From assembly GCA_000934665.2 (NCBI GenBank), contig JYFJ02002443.1, forward strand, positions 1-56,936: a DNA stretch of 56,936 nucleotides. Reading direction: 5' to 3'. Shown piece after piece: positions 1 through 10,690 of the stretch; positions within the stretch are counted from its first letter, which is position 1; each line of letters opens with the position of its first letter. The notes under the pieces were generated by a model. That model ran no database searches. It had not been told where the DNA came from and saw only the letters and a list, made by a program, of their open reading frames with translations. The position numbers and the translations under genes are program-made. The stretch is from Catajapyx aquilonaris (Eukaryota).

Positions 1-1593
1 CCGTTCGTGCCGTGAACGTCGCCGGCCTACTCACCTGGCTGATTTTTACCTTGAGGGGGAGGGATTGTAGCATACCGCCTCCTAGCGGAGGTTTGGGGTT
101 ATGCTGCCTCCTAGCGGAGGTCTGTGTAAAGAGAGGAGATTAAAGCGAGTGTCAGCTCAGAGCAGACGTGTTATTATTGTGTTAGCCCAATACACAACAG
201 AGAGAAATCAGGAAGGAGTGCAAAGGTGATGTGCACTCTCTGGCATATATGAAGTGACTCCTCAATTTTGTGCCAATTTGCCAATGCACAGTCAGGGTGA
301 GTCATTACTTTCGTAGCTCTCGCTTTCGTACAAGTGGTGTGAAACATGGTTCTTCAGTTGCTCGTAAAATAATGAATCATTTGCCACATCCAAGTTCCGT
401 AAACAATGGAGTTCCATGAATGGAATAGGTGGCAGGTTGGGGGAACCATCGACATAACTGACATCATCACAATAGTCAAGCTAATGACTGAATTCATTTA
501 TCAAGCACAATCCCACTACCAGGAAAAACCCAATTATTAGGCACATATTAATCTAGAACGCTCAGAAATTAAGAGAGGAAATTCAAGTGTCACTCATACA
601 CATTTGAAAACCAGTGAACCTTGCTTCAGAGTGTTTCACAGTCATTTTCAGATCACTAATTCAGAATTGGCAACATGCAGGAATACCAGTACGTCACAAC
701 TTGTTACTTTGGACTGCTGGCAAGAACCGCGTTGCTCAATCGGTCGCACATTAAGTTTTATTCATTTAATAACTTAATATACTGCAATAGTGCAATGTCA
801 GCCTGTTTAATAAAAGCACAGAGTAGCGATGGGATAAGCTGTCACACCTTGGTTGTACCAGGTATATGAGCAGAAGAACCAATCACATGAAGAGCAAGGC
901 GGCAGATATTCCAGAAAAAAAAATTACCAGATCCACTATGATTTACATGGGGGACTTATTCTCTAATGCCCGATTGCACCAACGAAATTACCGATTACCG
1001 ATCGGATTGGTAATTCAGTTGGTACAATCAGGCATAAATGTACAAGATTAGACCAAGATTAATCTAATTGTCTGTCCTCCCAACGGAGCATCAGTTTTTC
1101 CCTTGTGAACAATTATTCTCATTTCAGCATATTTGCTATTATTAGACATTTTATATCATGCCACTGTAATATCGTGGAAGGTGTACTGCACTACCAGTAG
1201 CCTATATTAATTCCCTCGAACTTGGTACATCAAATAAATCAAAAATGGTACTACAATCAGAACGCAATGCATAATATTTTGAAGGATTCGCATAAAAGCG
1301 GCAGCAGATCACTCCAACAAAACAACATTTATCTCGTCCAACCACATGCGCTGCAACATAAGAAAACGGTGAAGTGTTAGTCACTTATATTACGCACAAC
1401 GGACTTTGTCGAGCTTCAGTCTCGGTGTACGTACTTCATAAGTGACTAACCCCTCGGAAAAAGGGGGTGACACCAAAATTAAAGAAACACGCAACGAACC
1501 AAAAAAACCAAGCGAATTATTATTGGCACAAAACGGAACAAGCGACACATACAAAGCAACTCGTATTATTTGTTCATGAGTGTCCCAACGAAC

Positions 1594-1703
1594 CTGTGCG
1601 TGACCTCCCTGTAATACTTCTTATTGTTAACGTCATTGTGAGCGTGCTGGGAGAGGGCGCCCAGGGATGAGGGAGGCATGATGCACTCCATGTCCGTGTC
1701 CAT
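1594..1703 (-). CDS. Probable first coding exon of an unidentified gene running off the left edge (MDTDMECIMPPSSLGALSQHAHNDVNNKKYYREVTH...)
   Basis: ATG at 1703, donor CAG|GTTCGT after 1594, acceptor TTTTAG before 1767. Upstream donor AAG|GTAAAA near 1895 (5'UTR exon) and another donor CAG|GTGAGT near 34. Product not recognised. Confidence 0.45.
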
Positions 1704-2435
1704 GATGATGTCTTCTTCTGCTGAATATTCCTCCTTCGTTATTCCCTTGGCAATCTCTTGTCACAGCCTAAAACGCAAGTGAACACAAAATTATTATCTC
1801 TGCAGAAGAGGGTCACAGCTGGAACTCAGATTAAAAGTTTGCGTAACCTCAAGGTCGGGGGGGAATATTGCGAAATTTTAAGCAGAGGTTTTACCTTCTT
1901 TTGATAGAGAGCTAATTATTGCAGATTTTTTTTTTTCCTCTTCTTTTCACTGATAACTTATTGGCTTTTGGAACAGCTGCCAGGAAGGGAGAGCCTTGAA
2001 GTTTTGCGGCGCTGTGGGCAGATGGCGCGCACGATTAACGGCGCAAGCTCAGCAGGCGGACGCAGGCGACATCTGGGCACCAGTGGGATAAACACGCGCT
2101 TGCTGATTAATCCGCAAAAAATTTCGTTCGAATTTAGCGAATTAAATATTTGGCAAACACGTACTGATTTTTACGCGAATTGGAATTACTTTTGTGGAAC
2201 TAATTTTTTTTTAAATAAACGAAGAGGAACGGTCCGTTCCTTAATGCAGGACAAACATGGCCGCCTTGAAGGTTATCATGATTTTAATTTACTAAAAACT
2301 AATTTGCAAATACTATTTGGCCTTGGAACTAGATTAGTTTTTAATCCGGATTACCCCGCCAGGTATTTACATATGTAACGCAGTAGAGCCTGGTACTATG
2401 CGGAGCAAGGGTTTGTCAAAATTGGTCGTAGTAAG

Positions 2436-4181
2436 ATGCAAGGTGAGGCAGCGTAGGTCCAGGGCCGGAAGGTGGGTTTCATTACAGTCTCTCTCTATTG
2501 CTTTTGGGTTGCAGAGGATGGATTTGTGACGGTCAAGTCATCATCAAGAAGAAGGAGCAGAGGTCAAGGCCAGGTCAAGTCGGTCAGCGGCGGGATTGAC
2601 TGGAAGCAGTTCCCTCGGGTCGGAAGCAGCGTCGAGGAAAAGAAGGCCGTTCTCAGGTGAATACGCTCAACTGGGAGCTCATCCCAATTAAAACATGGTT
2701 CAATTAAGTAATAAAGCAATAGTTAAAATAACAAGCAACACAATAAAATATATCAAGATTAGTAAAATGAAATATTTTGTAAAATAATTGAAATAATAGG
2801 TGAACTAATGTAATAGTTGAAATAATAGTTAAAATATGTAGAATAAATAGTTAAACAACTGAAATAATATGTAGGACAATAGCTAGAATAATATGGAAAA
2901 TAATAGCTAAAATAATATACATAACAATAGCTGAAATAGTATATCAGATAATAGCTAAAATAATATACATAACAATAGCTGAAATAGTATATCAGATAAT
3001 AGCTAAAATAGCATATAAAATAATAGCTAAAACATGTAAAATAATAGTTAACATGAGTTAAGTAATAGTTAACATGAGTTAAAATAATAGCTAAAATAAT
3101 AGTTAACATGAGTTAAAATAATAGCTAAAATAATAGTTAACATGAGTTAAAATAATAGCTAAAATAATAGTTAACATGAGTTAAAATAATAGCTAAAATA
3201 ATAGTTAACATGAGTTAAAATAATAGCTAAAATAATAGTTAACATGATTTAAAATAATAGCTAAAACAAAAGTTAACATGAGTTAAAACAATAGTTAAAA
3301 TTATATGTGGACTAATATAATAGTTAAGATAATGTGTAGACTAATATATTTAAAATATTATGTAGACTAGACTCATATAATAGTTAATACATTTAGTTGA
3401 AATAAAATATTAATAAAATAAATAATGTGAATGAATTAGAATATGATTTAAAGGCTGAGTAGGTTTTAACTGACCAAAACGTATTTTCAGGCGATTGGAA
3501 TCGACTAAGGAGGACCTGTGTTCGTCCGACTTCTGCTCGGAGTTCTTCTCCGTGTTGTCTCAGGCGCTTTCTCTGAGGGCGAACCCGGATTGTTACGAAG
3601 TGGTGTGCTACGGACTGGGGTGCTTCTCCGATTGCACCGTGTCTAGATACCAGTTGGCGCTGTTGCTGCTGCTGAAGGAGAAGCTGCGTGTCAACCGGGT
3701 TTGGGTGTATGATCCGGTCTTTTCGCCGGTTGAAAAGGACGTGCTTGAGTCTGTAGGGTGCGAGGTTATAGAGGAGAACGAGGAGGGAAAACGGCGCGTC
3801 GACACTCCCACCATATTCTACCTTCCGCACTGTCCCAAGCAGCTTATTAACAACGTACTCTGGGCTAATTGGGAGCCAAGTGCGTTCAGTAAGTGCGTAC
3901 TGATTGGAAGTGCCTTTGGCCGTATTGTTGAGAATACACCACGACGCATCCTCGAGGAATCTCTGAGCTACGTCTTGAGGGCGCATCCGTACGTGACTGA
4001 GCACGGAGTTGTGAACTGCTTTAAATACACAGACATATTCAACGATACTTCAATTCACGTGGCACACAACGTGTCTGTAATCCCTACTGATTTTTGGCTG
4101 AATTGTTGCGAACCTGAGTACAGAACCGAACGTGCAGAGTTTGTAACCAAGGCTGATTTGACATGGCCTCCAACAAACTAA
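2436..4181 (+). CDS. SRRD: SRR1-like protein; exons 2436-2442, 2515-2656, 3491-4181
   Basis: SRR1-domain motifs CYGLGCF, YQLALLL, VYDPVF, NEEGKR, FYLPHCPKQLINNVLWANW and FNDTSIH. Splice phases join as MQ-E-DGFVTV...VL-R-RLESTK. The first micro-exon is less certain. Confidence 0.88.
2700..3400. repeat. AT-rich minisatellite in SRRD intron 2; 34-bp unit AAAATAATAGCTAAAATAATAGTTAACATGAGTT with degenerate flanking subrepeats
   Basis: Near-perfect tandem copies from ~3040 to 3300, degenerate AAATAATAG(C/T)T units on both sides. Confidence 0.9.
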
Positions 4182-4468
4182 CAATGCTGCGAGGGATCGT
4201 AGCAGAATGGAGACGTATCCAGCCCAAAGTGAGCGGAACGCCTTACGCAGCTTATCTTATATCGCAGTTCCGCAAGTACCAGGTGACATCAGAGCGTACT
4301 TGCAAGTCCGAGATTGAGATGCAGTACTTGGGGAACACCTATTTGACATATCTGGAGAGCAAGCGAAAATACGCAGTTATTCACAAAGAGTTTCATGCTA
4401 AAGGCGAACGTTCGGTTGCGGAAACTGCCAAGATGGTAGGGTTCAAACTTCCTCACGACCCCAAGTGA
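4163..4468 (+). CDS. FMC1: FMC1 homolog (mitochondrial complex V assembly factor, LYR-like), intronless, overlapping the SRRD stop
   Basis: YLISQFRKYQVTSERTC...TYLTYLES...HKEFHAKGERSVAETAKMVGFKLPH matches the recalled FMC1/C7orf55 pattern. Confidence 0.9.
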   Translation: MASNKLTMLRGIVAEWRRIQPKVSGTPYAAYLISQFRKYQVTSERTCKSEIEMQYLGNTYLTYLESKRKYAVIHKEFHAKGERSVAETAKMVGFKLPHDPK

Positions 4469-4733
4469 AACATTGCATTTAATGCAAATTGTAGTAACAA
4501 AAAAAGAGCGAGCATGTTTAAAAAAAAAGTGTTTGCAATGAACAGAGCATGTTGAAGAATATTACTTGCAGATTGTTAGTCTTATAAGTAGATTTTGGCT
4601 GTACCGTTTAAAAGTGTTTTGTAATGTACGCGGTTGCCTTACGAGTCTGTCATGCAGCTTTCATGTAGCTTTTCTATCGAATGTTAATTGGTTCTTGGAA
4701 AAGTTGTGGTTATTTATTTTAGAGTTGATACGA

Positions 4734-5642
4734 ATGTGCCCGCCCTTCACATCTACGATTATGTTGTGGTACATCATTGTTGAAGCACTGTTTTGCAGTG
4801 TCACGGCAACGGTTTGTCCAAAAGGAGAGTTCAAAATTGGCTCCATGACATCTTGTCAGCCGTGGTTGGGTTGCGCCGACTTGCAACACCTGCAGATTGG
4901 TGAATTGATTGGAAACGGCGCTGTTAAAAGTGTGTTTGTTGCGAAATTAGGTGACAATGCCATGGCTTACATGCAGCTAAATAATGATCGTTACTACGAC
5001 GACTTTGCACATGGAATCAGCACATTAATTGAGCTCAACCCGAGCCAGTATGTGGTTCAATTAATTGGTTTTTGTCGTGCCAAAAGCGTGGTTTTGACAG
5101 AGCTGCACAATCACAGTGATGCAACAAACATACTGGCATTGTTGAAAGAACAAGGCCGAGATACGGCGACAGAACGTCTCAAGTTGTGTCTGAGTTACGC
5201 CAAAATTTTACGCTACATCCATTCAAAACGGTATGTAATGTGTGACTCAAATGACCTCGAAAAGCTTTTGAGCCAGTTGTTGATTACGCCGGGGTTTCAG
5301 CTAGTTCTATGCGACGTCGATTCAATGCCAGTTGTCAATAGCGATGGAATCATATGCGGCCACCGGGAACTGTTTGGCGAGTTTGTTGCCCCCGAGCAGT
5401 TATGGCCGTTCAATCCCGAACCCTACGTAGAATCTAAGATGCCAGGTTATGACGAGAAGACTGATATATGGAAAGCAGCGTCTGTCTGTGACTATTTCCT
5501 GGAAGACTTCAGAACCGTGAGGTACCATGTATTCGAAACGCATCGCCGATGCAAATGCTTGAATCCTGCTGAAAGACCCTCCGCAAATGAGCTGGTAATT
5601 CTGTACGAAACGGTGTGGCGGGAGTACGAAAGAGACTTGTAA
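4734..5642 (+). CDS. POMK: Protein O-mannose kinase (SGK196), single coding exon
   Basis: Hydrophobic N-terminal anchor, CPKGEFKIGSMTSCQPWLGC, IGNGAVKSV, VMCDSNDLEKLLSQLL, CGHRELFGEFVAPEQLWP and YDEKTDIWK. First true ATG is 4734 (alternative 4761). AATAAA at ~5748 and ~5772. Confidence 0.9.
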   Translation: MCPPFTSTIMLWYIIVEALFCSVTATVCPKGEFKIGSMTSCQPWLGCADLQHLQIGELIGNGAVKSVFVAKLGDNAMAYMQLNNDRYYDDFAHGISTLIELNPSQYVVQLIGFCRAKSVVLTELHNHSDATNILALLKEQGRDTATERLKLCLSYAKILRYIHSKRYVMCDSNDLEKLLSQLLITPGFQLVLCDVDSMPVVNSDGIICGHRELFGEFVAPEQLWPFNPEPYVESKMPGYDEKTDIWKAASVCDYFLEDFRTVRYHVFETHRRCKCLNPAERPSANELVILYETVWREYERDL

Positions 5643-5822
5643 GCAACTTGTAAGCATATTATCATGACATGCATGGAACGATAAGCTCCTGAAAAGTATC
5701 CTTGTAACGAGCCGGAAGAATGTACTGCATGTTGTGAGTCATACTAAAATAAAATATATTTCTCAAATATCAATAAAATATTAATCATTTATGTGGTCAT
5801 GGTCCGTAAAAAGGCTAGTTCA

Positions 5823-7643
5823 TCACTGATTGAACTCTTGAGCGATATGTTTGGCAATCGTGTTCAGTTGGATGTTCGACGTCCCCTCGTAAATGGCACC
5901 GATCTTGCAGTCTCGATAATACTTCTCAATAGGGAAGTCCTTCGTGTAACCAACTCCTCCCATCCACTCCATGCACTTGCTCGTAGTCAGGGCGGCTACT
6001 TCTGCAAAATAATGACATTTTAGTACAGAAAGTACGCTTCAAGTCATTGCACTTACCTGATGCGTAGTACTTGCACATCGCAGCCTGCTTGACAAATGGC
6101 TTCCCGTCCTGACAGAGCCTGGCCGCATTGTAGACGAGGAGCCTTGCGCACTCGATCTGTGTTGCCACTTGCGATACTTGGTGCTGCATCGCTTGGAACT
6201 CGTATATTTTGCGGCCAAACTGTTGTCGTTCGAATAGGTACGGTACTGTCGCATCGAAGCATCCTTGCGCCAGACCCATCATTTGTGCTCCAATTCCAAT
6301 CCTGCCTTCGTTTAGCATTGTAATTGCGTACTTGTAACCCTGCCCGACTTTTCCAAGCACGTTCTCGACTGGGATTTTAACGGAATCGAAATGGACAGCA
6401 CATGTCGAGGATGAGCGTATTCCAAGCTTTGACTCCTTTTTGCCGATAGTTAATCCAGGCGTGTTACCATCAACGATGAAAGTGGTGATTCCGCGATAAC
6501 CAGCAGATATGTCAGCGTTTGCCATCACCAGGAACACGCCAGCAATGTCAGCGCTTGATATCCACATTTTGGATCCATTAATTACGTAATGGTCACCTTC
6601 GCGCTTTGCAGTCGTCTTCAGGGAGAAAGCATCTGAACCGGATCCAGCTTCAGACAAGCAAAACGATCCGACTGTTGACGTGGCCAGTTTCGGAAGGTAC
6701 GTCTCCTTCTGCTTCTCAGTTCCAAGTTTACGTATAAGCGTGTTGATAAGCGTATTTTGTACATCGCACATGACGGACACGCCTGCTTCAGCTCGTGCCA
6801 GTTCCTCAATGACAAGGATTGTAGAGAAGAAAGTCGATCCAGTCCCGCCATACTCCTGCCCAATCTCAATTCCCATCAGCCCATTTTCAAACAACGCATC
6901 CACAACAGACTGATCCATTTTTCCTTCCTCATCCATCTTGGAAGCCAAAGGCGTAATCTTTTCCTTCGCCAATCGACGGACTGACTCACGCATCATCTGC
7001 TCATCATCCAGCAGGTAGGTCAACGGAGGCAAATGCGCTTCTCTGGCCCCACCGAGCCATCTGCGCAATTGTTTTGCTGGTCCCTGAAAATTGAAGACTA
7101 CAAATTAAATTTAATGTAAGACTAATTAGGCAAATATACCTATCCTAGCTATGTGTACGCCCAAGTAGCACGAATCGCCCTGGAACATCCCATGGATATC
7201 CAGATATCCACTGAATCGCCCTTGAACATCCCATGGATATCCAGATATCCACTGAATCGCCCTTGAACATCCCATAGATATCCAAATATCCACTGAATCG
7301 CCTTTGAACATCCCATAGATATCCAAATATCCACTGAATCGCCTTTGAACATCCCATAGATATCCAAAGATCCGCTGAATCGCCCTTGAACATCCCATGG
7401 ATATCCAAATATCTAGTGGCGATTCAGTGGATATCTGGATATCCATGGGATGTTCCAGGGTGATTCGTGCTACTTGGGGCAGTACTGTACAGTACATACA
7501 ATGCACATGCTGCAAATTAAACACATGTTATTCCATGCCCTGATTATATAATTTCTTGATTATAACCGCAGCATGGAAGCTAATCTTAATTAAAATTAAA
7601 AATTATTAACCTTAGATAAAGTTCGCCACATGTGCGCCGCCAT
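5823..7643 (-). CDS. ACADSB: Short/branched-chain acyl-CoA dehydrogenase; exons 7643-7611, 7083-6057, 6001-5823
   Basis: ACAD motifs [44 protein letters not shown] and [39 protein letters not shown] introns are phase-consistent. Confidence 0.93.
7160..7478. mobile_element. Non-autonomous foldback/MITE with long TIRs (CCCAAGTAGCACGAATC...) and ~6 internal copies of a 41-42-bp tandem repeat, in ACADSB intron 1
   Basis: 7160-7220 is nearly the reverse complement of ~7418-7478. The unit CCACTGAATCGCCCTTGAACATCCCATGGATATCCAGATAT repeats in tandem. TSD ambiguous (possibly GC). Confidence 0.8.
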
Positions 7644-7855
7644 CTTGCTTCAGTGTCGTCAACACCATCCGCAACATTATTAACTATGAAATCAAACACG
7701 TAATCTAAAATTTACCGTACGTTATACTTTACATGCCACATATTTATACTCCGAATAAACATATTTATTAATTATTTTAATTCCGATTCGCACTGTTTGT
7801 CCGCGTTGCCATCCACTTCCGGTTTGTCCGCCATATTGAATTTTCCTGGCCGGTG
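7644..7855. promoter_or_regulatory. Bidirectional promoter ACADSB / RPL26
   Basis: Head-to-head genes ~200 bp apart. ETS-type CACTTCCGGT at ~7814, pyrimidine tract at ~7841 and an RPL26 5'UTR donor GTG|GTGAGT at 7856. Confidence 0.6.
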
Positions 7856-7939
7856 GTGAGTTCTCCGAATTCTCGTGTTCTTTTATCTTTATCCACGTTT
7901 ATTGTTCCGAAATAGAACCCATCCTTCGTCCAAATCCTC

Positions 7940-8053
7940 GCTATGGGCAGCCCATGAATTGTGGCTGAAAAATCCAGCCAGATAATAGCCGTAACTAGTG
8001 TCTATTTGCGTGTGGACCACCTCTATATTTGTGGGGTACAGGGTGTGACATAA
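7940..8053 (+). ncRNA. Candidate box H/ACA snoRNA in the RPL26 5'UTR intron
   Basis: Hairpin (CAGCC/GGCTG), H box AGATAA at 7980-7985, second hairpin (CCAC/GTGG), ACA at 8048-8050. Ribosomal-protein host gene. Confidence 0.35.
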
Positions 8054-8127
8054 ATGTTCTAATAATTATTATGAAGTGTGTTCTAATTTGGCTGTTGTGC
8101 TGCCGTAGGGAGTGAGACCAGTTCAAG

Positions 8128-9495
8128 ATGAAGCTGAACAAGCTTGTGACCAAGTCGCGGAGGAAGAACCGCAAGCGTCACTTCACGGCTCCGTCTCACA
8201 TCAGGCGCAAGCTCATGTCCTCTCCGCTCAGCAAGGAGCTTAGGCAGAAGTACAGCGTAAGGAGCATGCCCATCAGGAAGGACGATGAGGTCCAGGTGAG
8301 TTGGTCGACCGCAACGTGTGAAATTTGCACATTTTAAAATTAGATATGATGATATACATGAATCCATTCACATAATGCGTGGCTGTGTTTCTCGCCTCTT
8401 CCAAACTAAAGGAATGCTAGTTTGGTTGAGGTTTTCTCTTCCGAACACGGCTTCCTTGGTTTAACAGCGGAGAGGCTTGGAACTGGCTAATGCTTGAAGA
8501 TACATGGCTCTGATCTAAACATAACCTTTGAATAATGCAGGTTTTTTGTTGAAAAAGTTTTAATCTGACACTTTTGTTTCCACTTAAGGTGGTGAGAGGT
8601 CATTACAAGGGTCAGCAGGTGGGCAAGGTTGTCCAGGTGTACAGGAAAAAGTTTGTCATCTACATTGAGCGGATTCAGAGGGAGAAGGCGAATGGAGCTT
8701 CCGTGTATGTTGGGATCCATCCATCCAAGGTTAGTCATGACCTGACGATTTGTATTGTACTATTGAGCCACCCTATGGTTCCTTAAAAAGTATGCGGTTT
8801 TTCTAACGTCCCAAATTTATACCACCCAGGGTTGCTACCATGAAGTATTTTCAGATCTCACTTGCCATGTCATGTATTACGAAGTGTTTAAAAATGCGCA
8901 GAGAGTGGGCCAGATGTAATACTGCAAAAAAAAGGAGATCCTTGTCCTGCAGGTCACCAAAATAAGTTGACCATGTTGATGACAATAATTTATTGTGCAT
9001 CTGGAGAAGCCAGTATTTAAGAGCACATTTCATCGGCATAAAGGAGTCCAATACATTTTGACGGTTTTCAGTTCAGAAAACCACATCTAACTCTATAGTT
9101 AACGTTGATTCATGTTCATACAACCTGACCTGAGGAGCTCGGATCTATCGCCTGGTGAAGTCCATTTAGGCCTAAATATTCATAATTATCCAGCAAGCCA
9201 GGATTTTTTTACATTCACTACTAATTGGATTATCTTGAAACTTATTTTTTTGGAATGTGCCCACGATTTTGGAAATTATTTTGCCGATAATTTTGTGACC
9301 TGTAGTTACAATCTTATGAATTCAACTGAAAGTGACCTTTTTTTCCCCCCTGGTTAACAGGTGGTGATAGTGAAGCTGAAAATGGACAAGGACCGCAAGG
9401 ACATCATAGAGCGGAAGGCAAAGGGTCGCCTGGCAGCCATTGGCAAGGACAAGGGCAAATACACCGAAGAGTCCACGGCCATGGAGACCTCATGA
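8128..9495 (+). CDS. RPL26: 60S ribosomal protein L26 (uL24); exons 8128-8295, 8589-8729, 9361-9495
   Basis: [33 protein letters not shown]...[21 protein letters not shown]...[25 protein letters not shown] near 9524. Confidence 0.97.
8340..8518 (+). ncRNA. Candidate long box C/D snoRNA (SNORD17-like) in an RPL26 intron
   Basis: Terminal stem TTAGA/TCTAA, C box ATGATGA 8346-8352, D box CTGA 8510-8513 located 75 nt from the 3' splice site. Guide AATCCATTCA (8361-8370) is complementary to recalled 28S UGAAUGGAUU. Long internal hairpin. Confidence 0.65.
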
Positions 9496-10690
9496 AAAGT
9501 GGCATTGTCAAAAAAAGGGCACGATTAAAAAACCTATAACATTGAAATTTGAACTTATTTTTTTTTTCTCCCTCTTGGTGATTCTGTGATTTCACAGGTA
9601 CCTTTTGTCCTTCGGGTGTTACACCTCCTGGTTATTTTTCTGCCAACTTCCATATGGTGCATATTTACAGCGTCATTGCGGTGTCCCAGATTTCTACAGG
9701 ATAGTCAAGTAGTAGGTAACTTCGATGCTACAATCGTATGTCTGCTGTCCCAAGGAGAAATGCTGTAACTCCAAAACTAGGTCGAGTGCATGCTCTGCTT
9801 TGACCCAAGCTGGGTACATACGTAGCGAGCTACATGGCCCAGCAGTAGCCTACTGCGCATGCTCACTCGCTTGGAGGGCGAGTAGGCTTAATCCCCTACT
9901 CGGCTGAGTAACTCGCAAGGTGTGTAGCCCGCTTCAGGAGGGATTCGTGAAGGACACGACTTTCATCGTTACGTGTTTTGCAGTTAGGGTGTTTTTCCTT
10001 TGGACGGCAGATGTCAGTTTCCGTGGAGGTTGTCGATGGCTGCTTTCTCAGGTGAGTGCAAGTAGACCCTGGCCGAGCAGTTACATTAACAATTACGGTA
10101 CTTGGCAGGCTGCTGGTTACGCTGATAATGAAAGTTGTGAATTAGAATGTTGTTAGAATTTCATGCATTGCGGGCAAGTGTTCTGTACTGTGGCCATTTT
10201 GGTGAGCCATGCCCGTCCCTAGCAACGGCGTATTATAAACACAAATTACATCAGTGAATCCACCAGAACAACTACAACAAATCATCAAAAAAATTCAAAT
10301 TTCGTACAACTCCCCCCGCGCCATGTTCCATCCAGCGTAGCCAACACCCGCGATGTCACCACACCACGCATCACGCATCACCCACCCGCGCCACATCACC
10401 CTCTTGTAAATATCGAACAGTAAGAAAACCACGTTCCAATATGTATATTTAAACAAAAATATGTCTTTTAACAATTGTATAAATGCTTTCCCCCCCCCCT
10501 TATCCTCCTCCCCCCTTTTTGGAATTGCTCATTACTTCCGCATCTGGTGAAAAAGGAAAGAAAAGGCGCAGCAGATGAGCTCCTTTGTTCTGTTGGGATA
10601 GCTGCACGGACGTAGAGAGCGACCTGTCCATCCGTTCCAACAACCTTTTTTTTGCTGCCCGTGTGTCTGTGTGACCCCCCATCAGAAGAT

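Noticed and set aside
2759..3109. 116-aa Tyr/Phe-rich ORF
   Set aside because: Translation of the intronic AT-rich minisatellite.
5926..6056. Apparent frameshifted C-terminus of ACADSB in the ORF track
   Set aside because: Explained by a 55-bp GT-AG intron (6056-6002). The spliced frame is intact.
7170..7415. 41-bp repeats resembling a CRISPR array, and the overlapping ORFs 7126-7524, 7145-7408 and 7149-7367
   Set aside because: The repeats are contiguous with no unique spacers and lie in a eukaryotic intron inside a TIR element. The ORFs are repeat artefacts.
8363..8460. Resemblance to U14 snoRNA (CCATTC... and CTTCCTTGG)
   Set aside because: The CTTCCTTGG element is not next to box D and the domain-A match is poor. 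A SNORD17-like reading fits better.
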